Shown one piece after another: positions 37,520 to 48,921 of a DNA stretch of 64,000 nt. Numbering within the stretch: position 1 is the first letter of the stretch; each line of letters opens with the position of its first letter. The notes beneath the pieces are model-generated. The model made no database searches. It was given only the letters and a program-made list of their open reading frames with translations, and had not been told where the DNA came from. The position numbers were made by a program, and so were the translations under genes. The stretch lies in NCBI GenBank assembly GCA_964520585.1, contig CAZFOO010000005.1:6180-70179 (forward strand), in the 5' to 3' direction. Source of the DNA: an uncultured Bacteroidales bacterium (GTDB taxonomy: Bacteria > Bacteroidota > Bacteroidia > Bacteroidales > PUMT01).

Positions 37520-38246
37520 TAACCTGTCCGCTGATATATGAAGACAGATCAGAAGCAAGGAAAAGGGTTGCGTTTGCAACATCTACAGGAGTACCTCCCC
37601 TCTTAAGAGGAATAGTTTCCGCCCATTGCTTGCGCACATCTTCAGGTAACCGGGCAGTCATTTCTGTCATTATAAATCCCGGAGCAATGGCATTGCAGCG
37701 AATATTTCGTGAACCAAGTTCTTTAGCTATTGATTTGGTGAATCCAATGATACCTGCTTTAGAAGCAGAATAATTTGACTGGCCTGCGTTTCCGCTCACT
37801 CCAACAACCGAACTCATATTGATAATTGAACCTGAACGCTGTTTAAGCATATACTTCTGAACAGCCCTGGTGAAATTGAAAACTGATTTCAGGTTAACAT
37901 TAATGACTGCATCCCACTGTTCTTCTGTCATCCTCATTAACAATGTATCTTTGGTAATACCGGCGTTGTTAACCAGAATATCAATACTGCCGAATTCTTT
38001 AGCTACAAGATCAACAGTCTCGCCTGTTTCATTAAATTGAGCGGCATTAGAAGGATAGCATTTTACCTGTACTCCCATATTCCTGATCTCATCTTCCAGG
38101 GTTTTGGCATTATCATCATATACGAGATCTGTAAAAGCAATATTTGCACCCTGACGAGCAAATGTAAGGGCTATTTCTCTGCCGATACCACGACTACCAC
38201 CTGTGATGAGTGCATTTTTTTCTTTCAGCATTTCCATATTATCCAT
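37491..38246 (-). CDS. fabG: 3-oxoacyl-ACP reductase
   Basis: It is an SDR with TGGSRGIG, NNAG and YSASKAG motifs, 251 aa long. Confidence 0.85.
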   Translation of the reverse strand: MDNMEMLKEKNALITGGSRGIGREIALTFARQGANIAFTDLVYDDNAKTLEDEIRNMGVQVKCYPSNAAQFNETGETVDLVAKEFGSIDILVNNAGITKDTLLMRMTEEQWDAVINVNLKSVFNFTRAVQKYMLKQRSGSIINMSSVVGVSGNAGQSNYSASKAGIIGFTKSIAKELGSRNIRCNAIAPGFIMTEMTARLPEDVRKQWAETIPLKRGGTPVDVANATLFLASDLSSYISGQVISVCGGMQT

Positions 38247-38355
38247 TTTAAAATTTAGTATAGCAAATTAACTAAACAATTTTATTATTATCAAAAATCA
38301 ATACCGGCATAAAAAATTAAATATACAATTAGACCGGACCATATAAGCAGCGGTA

Positions 38356-39408
38356 TTATAAAGAACCTGACTCCTCCATAATAGCTTTATTTATTTTTTT
38401 CACCAATTGGGGACCTTCATAGATAAATCCGGTATAAATCTGAATAAGACTGGCTCCGGCGTTCAGTTTTTCAAGTGCATCTTCCGGACTCATAATTCCG
38501 CCAACTCCTATAACAGGTATTTTTCCATTTAGCTTTTTTGCAAGATATTTTATAATATATGTTGAGCGATCCCTAAGAGGAAGTCCGCTCAATCCTCCTT
38601 TTCCAATACTATCAAGCCTGGTTTTGTCTGTCCGGATATTTTGGCGCATAAGAGTCGTATTGGTAGCTACCATACCATCAATGCCGGTTTGCAATGCGAT
38701 TTCCACTACTTCATCAAGCTGTTGATCATTCAAATCGGGAGAAATCTTAAGTAATATTGGTTTTCGTTTTTCGGGAGGATCTTCTGATGAAAGCTTTTTA
38801 AGTGAAATAAGAATATCTGACAGTATATCAATATCCTGAAGCTTTTTTATATCTCCTATATTCGGACAACTAATATTGACTACAAAATAATCTACTACTT
38901 CATTAAGTACATTAAAACACTGTATATAATCATCTATAGCATTGTCATTTGGTGTTAAAGTATTTTTTCCTATATTCCCTCCTATTATAACATTGGGGCT
39001 GTTTTTTCTGATGTTTTGAGCAATTTTACGAGCACCCTGATTGTTGATTCCCATCCTGTTAATCAGGGCTTTATCTTTAACAAGCCTGAATGAACGGGGT
39101 TTAGGGTTACCGGGTTGAGGTTCGGGAGTTACTGTACCTATCTCTATAAACGAAAATCCAAAACAAGATAATTCATTATAGAATTCAGCATTTTTGTCAA
39201 ATCCTGCAGCGAGGCCAACCGGATTATCAAATTTCAAACCAAAAACATTACGTTCGAGAGATTTATCTGATACACAATAAAAGTTTCTTAAAATTTTGGT
39301 TACTCCTGGAACAGCATTTACTGCTTGTAGCAATAAAACAACAAAATAATGCACTTTCTCGGGACTAAAAAGAAATAAAACTGGTCTCAGAAATTTTTGG
39401 TATATCAT
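38356..39408 (-). CDS. pyrD: dihydroorotate dehydrogenase (quinone), class 2
   Basis: It has the class-2 N-terminal extension and the blocks GLAAGFDKN, EIGTVTP, NISCPN, GGLSG and GVGGI. Confidence 0.9.
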   Translation of the reverse strand: MIYQKFLRPVLFLFSPEKVHYFVVLLLQAVNAVPGVTKILRNFYCVSDKSLERNVFGLKFDNPVGLAAGFDKNAEFYNELSCFGFSFIEIGTVTPEPQPGNPKPRSFRLVKDKALINRMGINNQGARKIAQNIRKNSPNVIIGGNIGKNTLTPNDNAIDDYIQCFNVLNEVVDYFVVNISCPNIGDIKKLQDIDILSDILISLKKLSSEDPPEKRKPILLKISPDLNDQQLDEVVEIALQTGIDGMVATNTTLMRQNIRTDKTRLDSIGKGGLSGLPLRDRSTYIIKYLAKKLNGKIPVIGVGGIMSPEDALEKLNAGASLIQIYTGFIYEGPQLVKKINKAIMEESGSL

Positions 39409-39555
39409 TTTTAGTTATAAATATAGATTAATCTTTATCAGTTCAAATAGCGCACAAATTACAGGTCCTTGTGACATAAAGAGTAAATGCAATGGCAAAA
39501 ATAGTTATAAGTTTCAAATATGTTACCAGTGTTATTAATCATACCGGTATATTAG

Positions 39556-40071
39556 TCATGAATTCTCCGGATAATATTCTTCAAAGCTTCTATCTGCATA
39601 AAATATAACAATTTTCATCATCTGCTTTCTTTCGATTACATTTGTAACGCCACCATTATTGAGGGGATTACTTTTGTAATCACGCCTGTCTTCGCCTTCA
39701 ATTACATTTGTATTTGTTTTGGATGTTGTATTATCATTATCGTGATCTGTTGTATCTTCATGCTTATTGCCGGTTTCGGAATTATCAGGTTTTTTACTTT
39801 TTTCCGCTAATGACTCCTTGTTTTCATACTGTGCCTGAAAGAGATTCCCCTGAACACTTTCATGCTTGAACATACTACCTTTGCCAAGAATTAACCAGTC
39901 AGCATTAACAGATGGATAGCAGGCAAGCATCTTTTGCAGAAAATCAAATCCGGGTTTGTTTCGTCCAGACAGGATATGGGATACACTTGAAGGCTGTACA
40001 CCTATTATTTCGGCAAATCTGGCTGAAGATAGTTGTTCTTTGTTTAAAAATTTCAGTAACCGGTCTCTCAT
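39556..40071 (-). CDS. XRE-family HTH protein with unknown C-terminal region
   Basis: The HTH reads LSSARFAEIIGVQPSSVSHILSGRNKP. An ATG at 40071 (MRDRLLKF) is preferred, because the upstream 42 codons are AT-rich junk. Confidence 0.65.
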   Translation of the reverse strand: MRDRLLKFLNKEQLSSARFAEIIGVQPSSVSHILSGRNKPGFDFLQKMLACYPSVNADWLILGKGSMFKHESVQGNLFQAQYENKESLAEKSKKPDNSETGNKHEDTTDHDNDNTTSKTNTNVIEGEDRRDYKSNPLNNGGVTNVIERKQMMKIVIFYADRSFEEYYPENS

Positions 40072-40105
40072 AATTGACAAATTAATTGTTTGATAAAAGA
40101 CATAC

Positions 40106-40166
40106 ACAAATGTAATGCAAATATAGTTCACATGCATAACTTTATTGATATTACAAATGTAATGCA
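40106..40166. promoter_or_regulatory. two direct 14-nt boxes (ACAAATGTAATGCA), candidate operator
   Basis: Exact copies at 40106-40119 and 40153-40166, 35-95 nt upstream of the XRE gene start. A related TACAAATGTGAAT occurs near 40573. Confidence 0.4.
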
Positions 40167-40856
40167 TCATTAGTAATTCCGTGTATCTAATAAGCAATCG
40201 CTAAATTTTCAGTATTGCCAATTATGAGCCGGATTTCGTTGATATTTAAGTTAATGAAATGATGTAAAATCTAAGAATGGAATCAATAAAAGATCAAATT
40301 AATGATTTAATGCTTATATATTACTAAAAATTAAGAATATAGGTGTATTTCGATATTTTAAATTTAAGTTATAATTTATATAAATGATGTATATAGCTGG
40401 TCTACAAGCTTATAAAATATGAAATATGGATATTTTTACACTTATGTAACTATTATAATGAAATTAATTAAACAATAGAATTACATAAACCATGTAAAGG
40501 ACTGGTTATATGTATTATAAAATGTGTTTTTAATATGTGTGTTATGAATTTGTTTATGTTGGAAGCTTAGGTTACAAATGTGAATATGTGATATTTTTAT
40601 CCAATGATCAATTATTGTTCTTGAATTTATGAAATCTTTGTATTAACAAAAATCCCTTTTTATTACTGCCAAATAATTCGTGAAATATCAGAACAATGAT
40701 TAATATAAGTATAATCGATGTTATTTAAACTAAAAAAAAAATTTTATTAAGTATCTTCTTATATGTAATTTTACTCATTTATGACTAATTTCACATGCGA
40801 GTCAATATCTATATTTTTTGCCATATATTTTGTACAATTTTAAAATTTGAATTATA

Positions 40857-43184
40857 ATGGAAAAATTCAATCTTTCTTCTGTCGAGGACTCCTTTTTTAA
40901 GCAAAGCAGGAATAAAAGTGTCTCAACTAAAATACCTTACATATCTGTTGATAATTTTCCGAAGCTCGGACTCTTTACTGCTCTCCGTTTCATTGAATGG
41001 GTGTCTGAAAATCCGAACGGAGTTATTAGTCTTCCGACAGGTAAAACTCCTGAATATTTCATAAAATGGACAAGGAGAATTACTGATAACTGGGAAGATT
41101 ATAAAATTAAAGAATTACGAAAATCGTATGGGTTAAACGCCAAAAATAAACCGGATTTCAGTAACCTTCAGTTTGTTCAGATTGATGAATTTTACCCTAT
41201 AAGCTCTTCACAGCATAATAGTTTTTACCATTATGTAAATGAGTACTATATAAAAGGATTCGGCTTGAATCCCGAAAATGCGTTGCTTATAAATTCCGAT
41301 ACTATTCCGCTTCCCGGGGGAAAACATTTCAAAGAGGTCTTTCCAGATAATTTTGTTGATTTGTCTTTAAGATACAGAGAAGCAAAAACTGCCTTTGAAC
41401 AGCATCAGCAAAAAGCCGTTTTTGCTATTGATGACTGGTGTATAAAATATGAAAATGCGATAAGGGATAAAGGAGGCATAGGTTTTTTTCTCGGGGGTAT
41501 CGGACCGGACGGACATATTGCGTTTAATGTAAGAGGTTCTGATCATCATTCAACTACAAGACTTACTGCTACTAACTTTGAAACACAGGCAGTAGCAGCA
41601 GGAGATCTTGGAGGAATAGAGATTTCAAGAAACAGGCTTGTTATAACAATTGGATTACAGACAATTACATATAACCCGGAAACTGTTGCCGTTATTTTTG
41701 CTGCCGGTGAAGCAAAAGCTCCGGTAGTAAAGGATGCACTTGAAAAGGAAAAATCAAATGTATATCCGGCATCAGCCCTGCATACTCTTAATAATGCCCG
41801 TTTTTATCTCACAACCGGTGCAGCTTCTATGCTTGAAGATAGTATAGAATTATTCTATAAATCCGGAAAATGGACTCATGAAAAGACTGAGCGGGCTGTC
41901 ATTGATCTTTGCAAAAAACTTGATAAATATGGGCATCATTTGAGGATCGAAGATTTAAAAAGGGATAAATATTGCAGTATGATTCCCGGTCTGAATGAAG
42001 ATACCGTTAAAACCGTTATTGAATCTGTTAAAGCAAAGATGGGAAAAGGAATGGAGGAAGAATATGATCAGACATACTATCATACTGGTCCGCATCATGA
42101 TGATATAATGCTTGGAATACTTCCTCATATTCACAGACTACTGCGTAATGAAAGCAATGCAGCCTATTTTTCGGTGCTTACATCAGGGTTTACTGCAGTG
42201 ACCAATCAGTTTCTTAGAGATGCGCTGGAAGATGCCAAACGGTTTTTAAATAGCGGATTTATTCAAATGGTCAGCTACCCCGATTTTTTTGAAATTGGTT
42301 ACCGTCATAAATGGGATAAGGATGTTTATCATTTTCTGAACAAAGTGGCTTCCGGAGAACCATCTGAAAGACGAAGGGGTTTGGCACACAGAATAATAAG
42401 AGCTATAGTTGACATACACAAAATAAGGGATGTGGAGCAACTTCGCAATCAAATAGATGATATCCTTGCCATACTTCGCAAGAGCTATGACGGAGAAAAA
42501 AACCCTCCCGGAATCCAAACTCTCAAGGGAATGATCCGGGAGTTTGAAGAAGAACTTGTATGGGCTCATTTTGGAATTCAGGTTAAGAATGTACATCATC
42601 TCAGACTGGGTTTTTATACTGGTGATGTTTTTACAGCCCAGCCGGAAAGGGACCGGGATGTTAAGCCAATACTCGAGAAGCTAAAAAAGATCAATCCTTC
42701 TGTTATTAGTCTGGCCTTTGATCCTGAGGGTAGCGGTCCCGATACTCATTACAAGGTGCTTCAGGCAATTGCTGATGCCGTCAGGATGTGGCAAAATGAA
42801 GCAGACCTTTCTGATCTCCGAATATGGGGATACAGAAATGTTTGGTACAAATTTCATCCAGCAGAGGCAAATATTCATGTGCCTGTATCGCTCAATGCCA
42901 TGGCCGTTCTGGAAGATTCCTTCACTAACTGTTATTTGAGCCAGGTTGATGCATCATTTCCTAGTTATCAGCACGATGGCAAATTCAGTGAGCTTACCAA
43001 AAAGACCTGGGTAGACCAGTTAAAGACCATTCAGCTGTTACTGGGGAAAAACTTTTTTTACCAGAATTCCAGTCCACGCATAAGATCTACTCACGGAATG
43101 TTATATTTTAAGGAGATGAATGTTGAGGAATTCCTGACAAATGCAAGAGAACTGGAAAAATCAATGGAAGGTATAGATCTTTAA
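40857..43184 (+). CDS. nagB: long glucosamine-6-phosphate deaminase (NagB domain fused to a PIG-L/LmbE-like domain)
   Basis: The N-terminal NagB blocks are LPTGKTP and GGIGPDGHIAFN. The central or C-terminal region has a PIG-L-like motif (HTGPHHDDIMLG). Confidence 0.8.
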   Translation: MEKFNLSSVEDSFFKQSRNKSVSTKIPYISVDNFPKLGLFTALRFIEWVSENPNGVISLPTGKTPEYFIKWTRRITDNWEDYKIKELRKSYGLNAKNKPDFSNLQFVQIDEFYPISSSQHNSFYHYVNEYYIKGFGLNPENALLINSDTIPLPGGKHFKEVFPDNFVDLSLRYREAKTAFEQHQQKAVFAIDDWCIKYENAIRDKGGIGFFLGGIGPDGHIAFNVRGSDHHSTTRLTATNFETQAVAAGDLGGIEISRNRLVITIGLQTITYNPETVAVIFAAGEAKAPVVKDALEKEKSNVYPASALHTLNNARFYLTTGAASMLEDSIELFYKSGKWTHEKTERAVIDLCKKLDKYGHHLRIEDLKRDKYCSMIPGLNEDTVKTVIESVKAKMGKGMEEEYDQTYYHTGPHHDDIMLGILPHIHRLLRNESNAAYFSVLTSGFTAVTNQFLRDALEDAKRFLNSGFIQMVSYPDFFEIGYRHKWDKDVYHFLNKVASGEPSERRRGLAHRIIRAIVDIHKIRDVEQLRNQIDDILAILRKSYDGEKNPPGIQTLKGMIREFEEELVWAHFGIQVKNVHHLRLGFYTGDVFTAQPERDRDVKPILEKLKKINPSVISLAFDPEGSGPDTHYKVLQAIADAVRMWQNEADLSDLRIWGYRNVWYKFHPAEANIHVPVSLNAMAVLEDSFTNCYLSQVDASFPSYQHDGKFSELTKKTWVDQLKTIQLLLGKNFFYQNSSPRIRSTHGMLYFKEMNVEEFLTNARELEKSMEGIDL

Positions 43185-43307
43185 TATATAGGGATTTAAT
43201 TTAGTCTAACGGTATCTCCAGTTTAAATATTGTATTTAAAACTACAGGAGATATGTTCCGGATCGGTAATTTATAACCCGACAATGCCGGCACAGGCCGG
43301 CAAATTC

Positions 43308-44264
43308 TCAGGAAACATCATTTCCAGTGGTTTTATGTGCTGCTGTTTTTTCAATTAGCCATATAGTCAGGTACCCTGCTGCCATCAGAAATATTGCAAT
43401 CACCACTTCCTGATTTAAAGTATCAGGTATAAATCGGTCATAATTTTGTATAACCGGGCTGCCATCCGGCCTGGTGATTATATTACCGAACTCATCTACT
43501 TTATATACAGGATCTTTCCATGGCCATAAAACTAACAGTGAACCAGCAATGAATCCCGTTAAAGATGCCAGGGTCATATTTCTGAACTTCTTGAATACCC
43601 ATGCCAGAAAATGGGAAAAAACAAGTAATCCTAACACAATGCCGGCAAAAACCGGCATAAGAATATCCATCCTTAACTCATTTATAGCTTCAATAGCTAT
43701 AAGTTCATAATTACCCATTAATATCAGGATAAATGAACCAGACAGTCCAGGTAGTATCATGCTGCAAACTGCTGCCATACCACTAAGAAAAAGATATAGA
43801 ATATTTTCATTACCGGTAGCAGGAGTCAGAAATGATATCCAGACTGCAAGAAAGGCTCCGGCAGTAAATAAAACTATTACCGGAGTTGTCCATTTTTCAA
43901 TTGTTTTTCCGACAAAATAAACAGAAGCCAGTATTAGTCCGAAGAAATAAGCCCAGATGTATATAGGAAAATTATTAAACAGGAATGCCAGAATTTTTGC
44001 AAGGGTGAAAATACTCAGAATCGCTCCTGAAAAAATTGCTAACAGAAATGGGAAATTTATATGAGAAGAAAACGACTTGAGTCGTCCCTTTAAAAGAAAT
44101 GCTATTGCATTATGATCGATTGATTTAATTGAGTTGATAAGCTTTTCAAAAACCCCGGTTACCAGTGCTATAGTACCACCTGATACTCCGGGAATTACAT
44201 TTGCCGCCCCCATTGCAAAACCTTTTAACATCAGAATAAGGTATTCACGGAAATAGTTATACAT
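43308..44264 (-). CDS. DUF368 family membrane protein (polyprenyl-phosphate transporter candidate)
   Basis: The motif GAANVIPGVSGGTIAL, with a second PGLSGS repeat, is diagnostic of DUF368. Confidence 0.8.
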   Translation of the reverse strand: MYNYFREYLILMLKGFAMGAANVIPGVSGGTIALVTGVFEKLINSIKSIDHNAIAFLLKGRLKSFSSHINFPFLLAIFSGAILSIFTLAKILAFLFNNFPIYIWAYFFGLILASVYFVGKTIEKWTTPVIVLFTAGAFLAVWISFLTPATGNENILYLFLSGMAAVCSMILPGLSGSFILILMGNYELIAIEAINELRMDILMPVFAGIVLGLLVFSHFLAWVFKKFRNMTLASLTGFIAGSLLVLWPWKDPVYKVDEFGNIITRPDGSPVIQNYDRFIPDTLNQEVVIAIFLMAAGYLTIWLIEKTAAHKTTGNDVS

Positions 44265-44413
44265 TATTATTCAAAAAATTTGGAATTAATTTTAATGGAA
44301 ATTTAAAAATAATATCTCAGGTTAATGGACTTAATTTTAGTGCAATCCACCTATTTATCAAAAATATACTTTAGCTTTTTATCCGTTTATCTGTGAATAT
44401 TATACTCAGATTT

Positions 44414-45172
44414 TCAGGGAATAAAATCATTAATTGTATCTCCTCTTAATCCCAGGCGTAAGGCCTCCATAGCCACCACTTCGCCCGAAGCTATATTTCC
44501 AAGGTTAACATTTGCGCCAAGCAATTTAATGAAATAAACCTGCTGACTTTTAAGAGGTGCTTCCCATATTATCCTGTTATGATCTATTTTTTCAGCAATG
44601 TCCCCAATTAATTCCGCATTTGCAGAACCGTCCGCGTTATATATTCCTATGGTGCCACTTTCCCTGGCTTCAGCAATAACTTTCCAGGCACCGGCCTGCA
44701 ATTCGGTTTTCATCATTATGATCCAGTCTTCTACAGGAATATTCACCCCTGCAATTTTTGATCCTACCTCTGAAAGTACCTGTACCTCGCGGGAGAGGAT
44801 TTCAATACATTTGAGTTTTTCGTCATGATCCATGATCACTGTACCATCAGATACTTCTACCAGATCCAGCCCATATCTGGAAATAAATTCGCGATATTGA
44901 TCGAACATATCCCTAAGATAAAAAACCTCAAACAGAGTACCTCCAAAATATGGGCGGATGCTGCCATCCCGGTAAACTTTTAATTTAGCTTCCAGCTCTT
45001 TAGTGATTAAAGCAGTTCCAAACCCAAGCTTGACAAAGTCAGTAAAATCCCCTGAAGACCTGACAAAATCTTCCGCTTCCCTTACACTAAGACCTTTATC
45101 CATCATCATTGTAATGCCGCTGTCTCTGGGCTTACTTAAACGATTGGGTAAGTGAGGTATATCAAAGTTCAT
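44414..45172 (-). CDS. comA: phosphosulfolactate synthase (ComA family)
   Basis: The pattern KPRDSGITMMMDKGLS...FTDFVKLGFGTA and the 252-aa length fit the ComA family. Confidence 0.7.
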   Translation of the reverse strand: MNFDIPHLPNRLSKPRDSGITMMMDKGLSVREAEDFVRSSGDFTDFVKLGFGTALITKELEAKLKVYRDGSIRPYFGGTLFEVFYLRDMFDQYREFISRYGLDLVEVSDGTVIMDHDEKLKCIEILSREVQVLSEVGSKIAGVNIPVEDWIIMMKTELQAGAWKVIAEARESGTIGIYNADGSANAELIGDIAEKIDHNRIIWEAPLKSQQVYFIKLLGANVNLGNIASGEVVAMEALRLGLRGDTINDFIP

Positions 45173-45242
45173 ATAAATAAAATGTTTAAGTTAATAATCT
45201 TATAAGATCTGTAAGCCAGTGAAGTGCAAATTAAAAGATAAG

Positions 45243-46664
45243 TTATAATCCATTAAGCAACCGGAAATCATTCACCAGTTTCTTTACAACTTTATGTCTG
45301 GAAGCAGCCGGATAATATTCATAAAAGTCCTTATGCTGGTTATAGTCAATAGAGAGCGCAATTTTAAGATAATGCTCGGCCCTTTCAATCTTTTCATTCA
45401 TAAGAAAATGTGCGGCCAGTCTGTAATTTAAAAGCGCGTCTCCGGAATTGACCATTATAGCTTCTTCCAAAATGCTTAGGGCTTTACTTTTATTATTCAG
45501 AGTAAGAAATGTTTCAGCCATGTTTATCCATGAATCCGAATCCTGCGGGTCAAAATCAACTGCTTTTCTGTAGGAATTAATTGCCTTTTCAGGTATGTCC
45601 AGTTTAATAAAAATATTCCCCAGGGCATACCAGTATTCAGAATTTTCAGGAAAAAATATGATCGCTTTTTCTACATAATCCAAAGCAAGCTTATAGTTTT
45701 CCATTGAATACATAACGAGCCCCTTGCCTAGCCATGCATCGGCATAATCAGGATTAATATCCAGTGCTTTGTTGTAATATTCAAGAGCCTTATCCCATTT
45801 TTCCAGTTTTTCATAACATTCACCAAGATAGCATATTACCTGTTCATTTTCTTCTTCAAAAAAAAGCAGCTCCCGGTACACATCTATAGCTGATTCAAAT
45901 TCACCACTGTTGGCAAGGGTATTTGCTTTATTGAAATAAGCAGAAGCATACTCTTCATCCAGTGCAATGGCATAATCGTAGGCTTCGATTGCCTTCTTAT
46001 AATTCTCTTTGCGATTATATATCACCCCCATATTATACCAGACATTCTCGGAAAAAGGATCAATATCCAGGAATTTATCGTAATAATCAAGGGCTTTATC
46101 AGGTTGGTCAGTCTTTTCGTAACAATATGCTATATCATAGATGTAGGAAAGATTATCAGGTTCCAGATCATATGCCTGAACAAGATATTTTAGTGCCGTT
46201 CTGAACTGATTTTGTTGTTCCAGAACCAATGCTATATTAAACATCATTTCCGCCTTACCATCGCTAGTTAACTGGATGGATTTATTAAACTCATTTACAG
46301 CCTCCCTTATTTTCCCGAGCCTTGTCAATGCCATTCCCTTAGCCATACAAATATCGGGATTCCCGGTCTCGATCTTTTCGATTGTTTTTAATATGCTGAT
46401 AGATTCAAGTGGCTGGGCTTTTTCTATGAGTATAACAGCTTGTTTAAGCTGTATAACAGTAGATGAAGGATGCTGCCTGAGAGCTAATTGAACTGCTTTA
46501 CTTGCATGGTTAACCTTTCCGAGATTTAAATAATGATCTATAATTTCCTCAAATTCATCAACATCAAAATAATATTTCGCACTATTACTTAACATTTTTT
46601 CAAAACGTTTTACCAGATCGGCAAACCCGTTTTCATTGTAAAAGTTATCTTTCTCTTCACTCAT
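45243..46664 (-). CDS. tetratricopeptide repeat protein
   Basis: More than 10 TPR units are visible, e.g. AWLGKGLVMYSMENYKLALDYVEKAI. Confidence 0.75.
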   Translation of the reverse strand: MSEEKDNFYNENGFADLVKRFEKMLSNSAKYYFDVDEFEEIIDHYLNLGKVNHASKAVQLALRQHPSSTVIQLKQAVILIEKAQPLESISILKTIEKIETGNPDICMAKGMALTRLGKIREAVNEFNKSIQLTSDGKAEMMFNIALVLEQQNQFRTALKYLVQAYDLEPDNLSYIYDIAYCYEKTDQPDKALDYYDKFLDIDPFSENVWYNMGVIYNRKENYKKAIEAYDYAIALDEEYASAYFNKANTLANSGEFESAIDVYRELLFFEEENEQVICYLGECYEKLEKWDKALEYYNKALDINPDYADAWLGKGLVMYSMENYKLALDYVEKAIIFFPENSEYWYALGNIFIKLDIPEKAINSYRKAVDFDPQDSDSWINMAETFLTLNNKSKALSILEEAIMVNSGDALLNYRLAAHFLMNEKIERAEHYLKIALSIDYNQHKDFYEYYPAASRHKVVKKLVNDFRLLNGL

Positions 46665-46926
46665 AATTTAGTAAATTCAACCTGCAAAATTACAAATTAA
46701 AATCGGAGCATTTAACTACCAGTCCAAATTCCTCTCAATAAGAACATATTTATTAAATATTTAAAAATACCATCATTTTTATCAAACCGGTTTTATATTG
46801 AGTTTTTTTTTCAACAATAAATTAACATTTCATAAAAATAAATTTTTGTGAATGCTTTGTTTTTTGTTAATTTGATGCAAAATTCAGTTAAGTGGCTATA
46901 GCCAGTATTTAATAACCTGCATAATA

Positions 46927-47841
46927 ATGGAAAATTTCAGAGAAAAGCGACTTGAACGCCAGCTAAGAATGCAACAAACCACGAGTATTGTAATTGGAGT
47001 AATTTTATTACTCTCAATTACCGGGAATGTCTATCTATTTTTGCGGAACAGCAACATCACAAATGAAAATGAAGAACTGACGAGCGATAAAACCGAACTT
47101 ATTACTGATTTACAGTCCGCAGAAGCATCCAATGCAGAACTTCACGCTGAAATTGATATCTTGAATGAGCAAATTGAGGAGATAAGAGAACATGCAGCAG
47201 ACCTTGAATCTGAGATACAGATCAGGGATTCCCGTATTGCCGTCCTCAGAAATCAAATTACAGAGATAGAGGATCTGCGTAAACAGCTTGCCGAACTTAA
47301 AGAACTGGAGGAACTGGAAGAAGACTACAGAAAACTGGAGGAGGAAAGACATGAATTGCTTGAAGAATCCCAAACCCTGGGTCAGCAATTATCTCAATTA
47401 AAAGGACAGCAGGAAGCACTTCTAGATAAAATTGAGAACGCAACCTATCTGAAAGCATACAATGTCTGCGTGAATCACTTGCGGGACAGATGGCTGTGGT
47501 TCAGACCCGTAGTAATGGATGTAGCCAGAAGAGTTGACCGTACTACTGTAAGTTTTGAAATCAACAGTAATATATTCGTTGAACCCGCCCAGAAACATAT
47601 TTATCTGGTAATGCACGATGCAGATGGAAATGTGGTCAATCCTTCAGCTGAAACATTTACTGTTGCAGAAAACGGCACATCCAGCCATTATACTGAATAT
47701 ACGAACATTCAATATGAAGGCAGAGCGGTGCCTCTTAATTTCACTATTACTCACGAGGAAAGCCTTGAATCCGGTACTTATAATATTACCGTCTATATAG
47801 ATGGCGTAAATTCAGGGAGCAAGGAATTTAAACTGGAATGA
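46927..47841 (+). CDS. membrane-anchored coiled-coil protein (hypothetical)
   Basis: It has one TM segment, then ~130 aa of heptad-rich E/L/Q sequence. The C-terminal domain is beta-rich. Confidence 0.5.
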   Translation: MENFREKRLERQLRMQQTTSIVIGVILLLSITGNVYLFLRNSNITNENEELTSDKTELITDLQSAEASNAELHAEIDILNEQIEEIREHAADLESEIQIRDSRIAVLRNQITEIEDLRKQLAELKELEELEEDYRKLEEERHELLEESQTLGQQLSQLKGQQEALLDKIENATYLKAYNVCVNHLRDRWLWFRPVVMDVARRVDRTTVSFEINSNIFVEPAQKHIYLVMHDADGNVVNPSAETFTVAENGTSSHYTEYTNIQYEGRAVPLNFTITHEESLESGTYNITVYIDGVNSGSKEFKLE

Positions 47842-48002
47842 GATAATTATCTTATTTATTAGTTTACCGGGGTTTCCTGGAAACTAAAAAAACTTTCAGG
47901 ATTATATCCTTTAAGAATCGTGTTATTTTTCAGACTGTAGATTTGATGCTGGCAGGAATATAAATTAAAATCGCAGCAGAACCAGAACCGGAAAAGTGGT
48001 TA

Positions 48003-48881
48003 TTAATATATCTCTTTTTTAGCGGCTTTTAATGTATTGTTCAGCAATGAAACAATTGTCATTGGCCCAACTCCACCGGGAACAGGTGTAATATAACTGC
48101 ATTTAGGAGATACTTCATTAAATTTAACATCCCCAATCAATTTCCAGCCTGATTTGGTTTTATCTGACTTAATCCTGGTTATACCGACATCGATAACCAC
48201 AGCCCCTTCCTTGACCATAGAGGCTGTTACAAATTCAGCTTTACCCATTGCCACTATAAGAATATCAGCCTGACGACATATCTTTTCCAGATCTTTGGTC
48301 CTGCTGTGGCACAATGTTACGGTGGCATCTCCGGGATATCCTTTACGTGCCATAAGTACCGATACAGGTTTGCCTACTATATTGCTTCTGCCGAGCACGA
48401 CACAATGCTTCCCTGATGTTTCCAGGTTATATCTTTTTATTAGTTCAACAATGCCATTAGGTGTTGCGGATATATAGCAAGGCTGATCAATTAGCAATCT
48501 GCCCGCATTTACAGGGTGAAATCCGTCAACGTCTTTTTCAAAACGTATTTTTTCTATTATTTTTCCTTCCTGAATATGGGAAGGAAGTGGTAACTGCACT
48601 ATCAAGCCATCTATATTGTCGTTTTTATTGATTTCATCAATTTTATCAAGCACAACTTGTTCACTAACATCCTTTTCCAGTCTGATAATAGTGGATTCGA
48701 AACCAACCTGTGCACAAGCCTTCACTTTATGTGCAACATAAGTTTCACTGGCACCATCATTACCAACTATCATTGCAGCCAGGTGTGGAGCTCTCTGGCC
48801 TGATTTCCTTATTTCGGAAACCGCACCGGATATTTCTTCCTTTATTTGAGAGGATACTTTTTTACCATCCAATAATATCAT
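48003..48881 (-). CDS. folD: bifunctional methylene-THF dehydrogenase/cyclohydrolase
   Basis: Diagnostic blocks are [35 protein letters not shown] and [11 protein letters not shown]. Confidence 0.92.
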   Translation of the reverse strand: MILLDGKKVSSQIKEEISGAVSEIRKSGQRAPHLAAMIVGNDGASETYVAHKVKACAQVGFESTIIRLEKDVSEQVVLDKIDEINKNDNIDGLIVQLPLPSHIQEGKIIEKIRFEKDVDGFHPVNAGRLLIDQPCYISATPNGIVELIKRYNLETSGKHCVVLGRSNIVGKPVSVLMARKGYPGDATVTLCHSRTKDLEKICRQADILIVAMGKAEFVTASMVKEGAVVIDVGITRIKSDKTKSGWKLIGDVKFNEVSPKCSYITPVPGGVGPMTIVSLLNNTLKAAKKEIY

Positions 48882-48921
48882 GATATATAGAGTTTTAATT
48901 GATCTATTTAAAAGTAAATGT

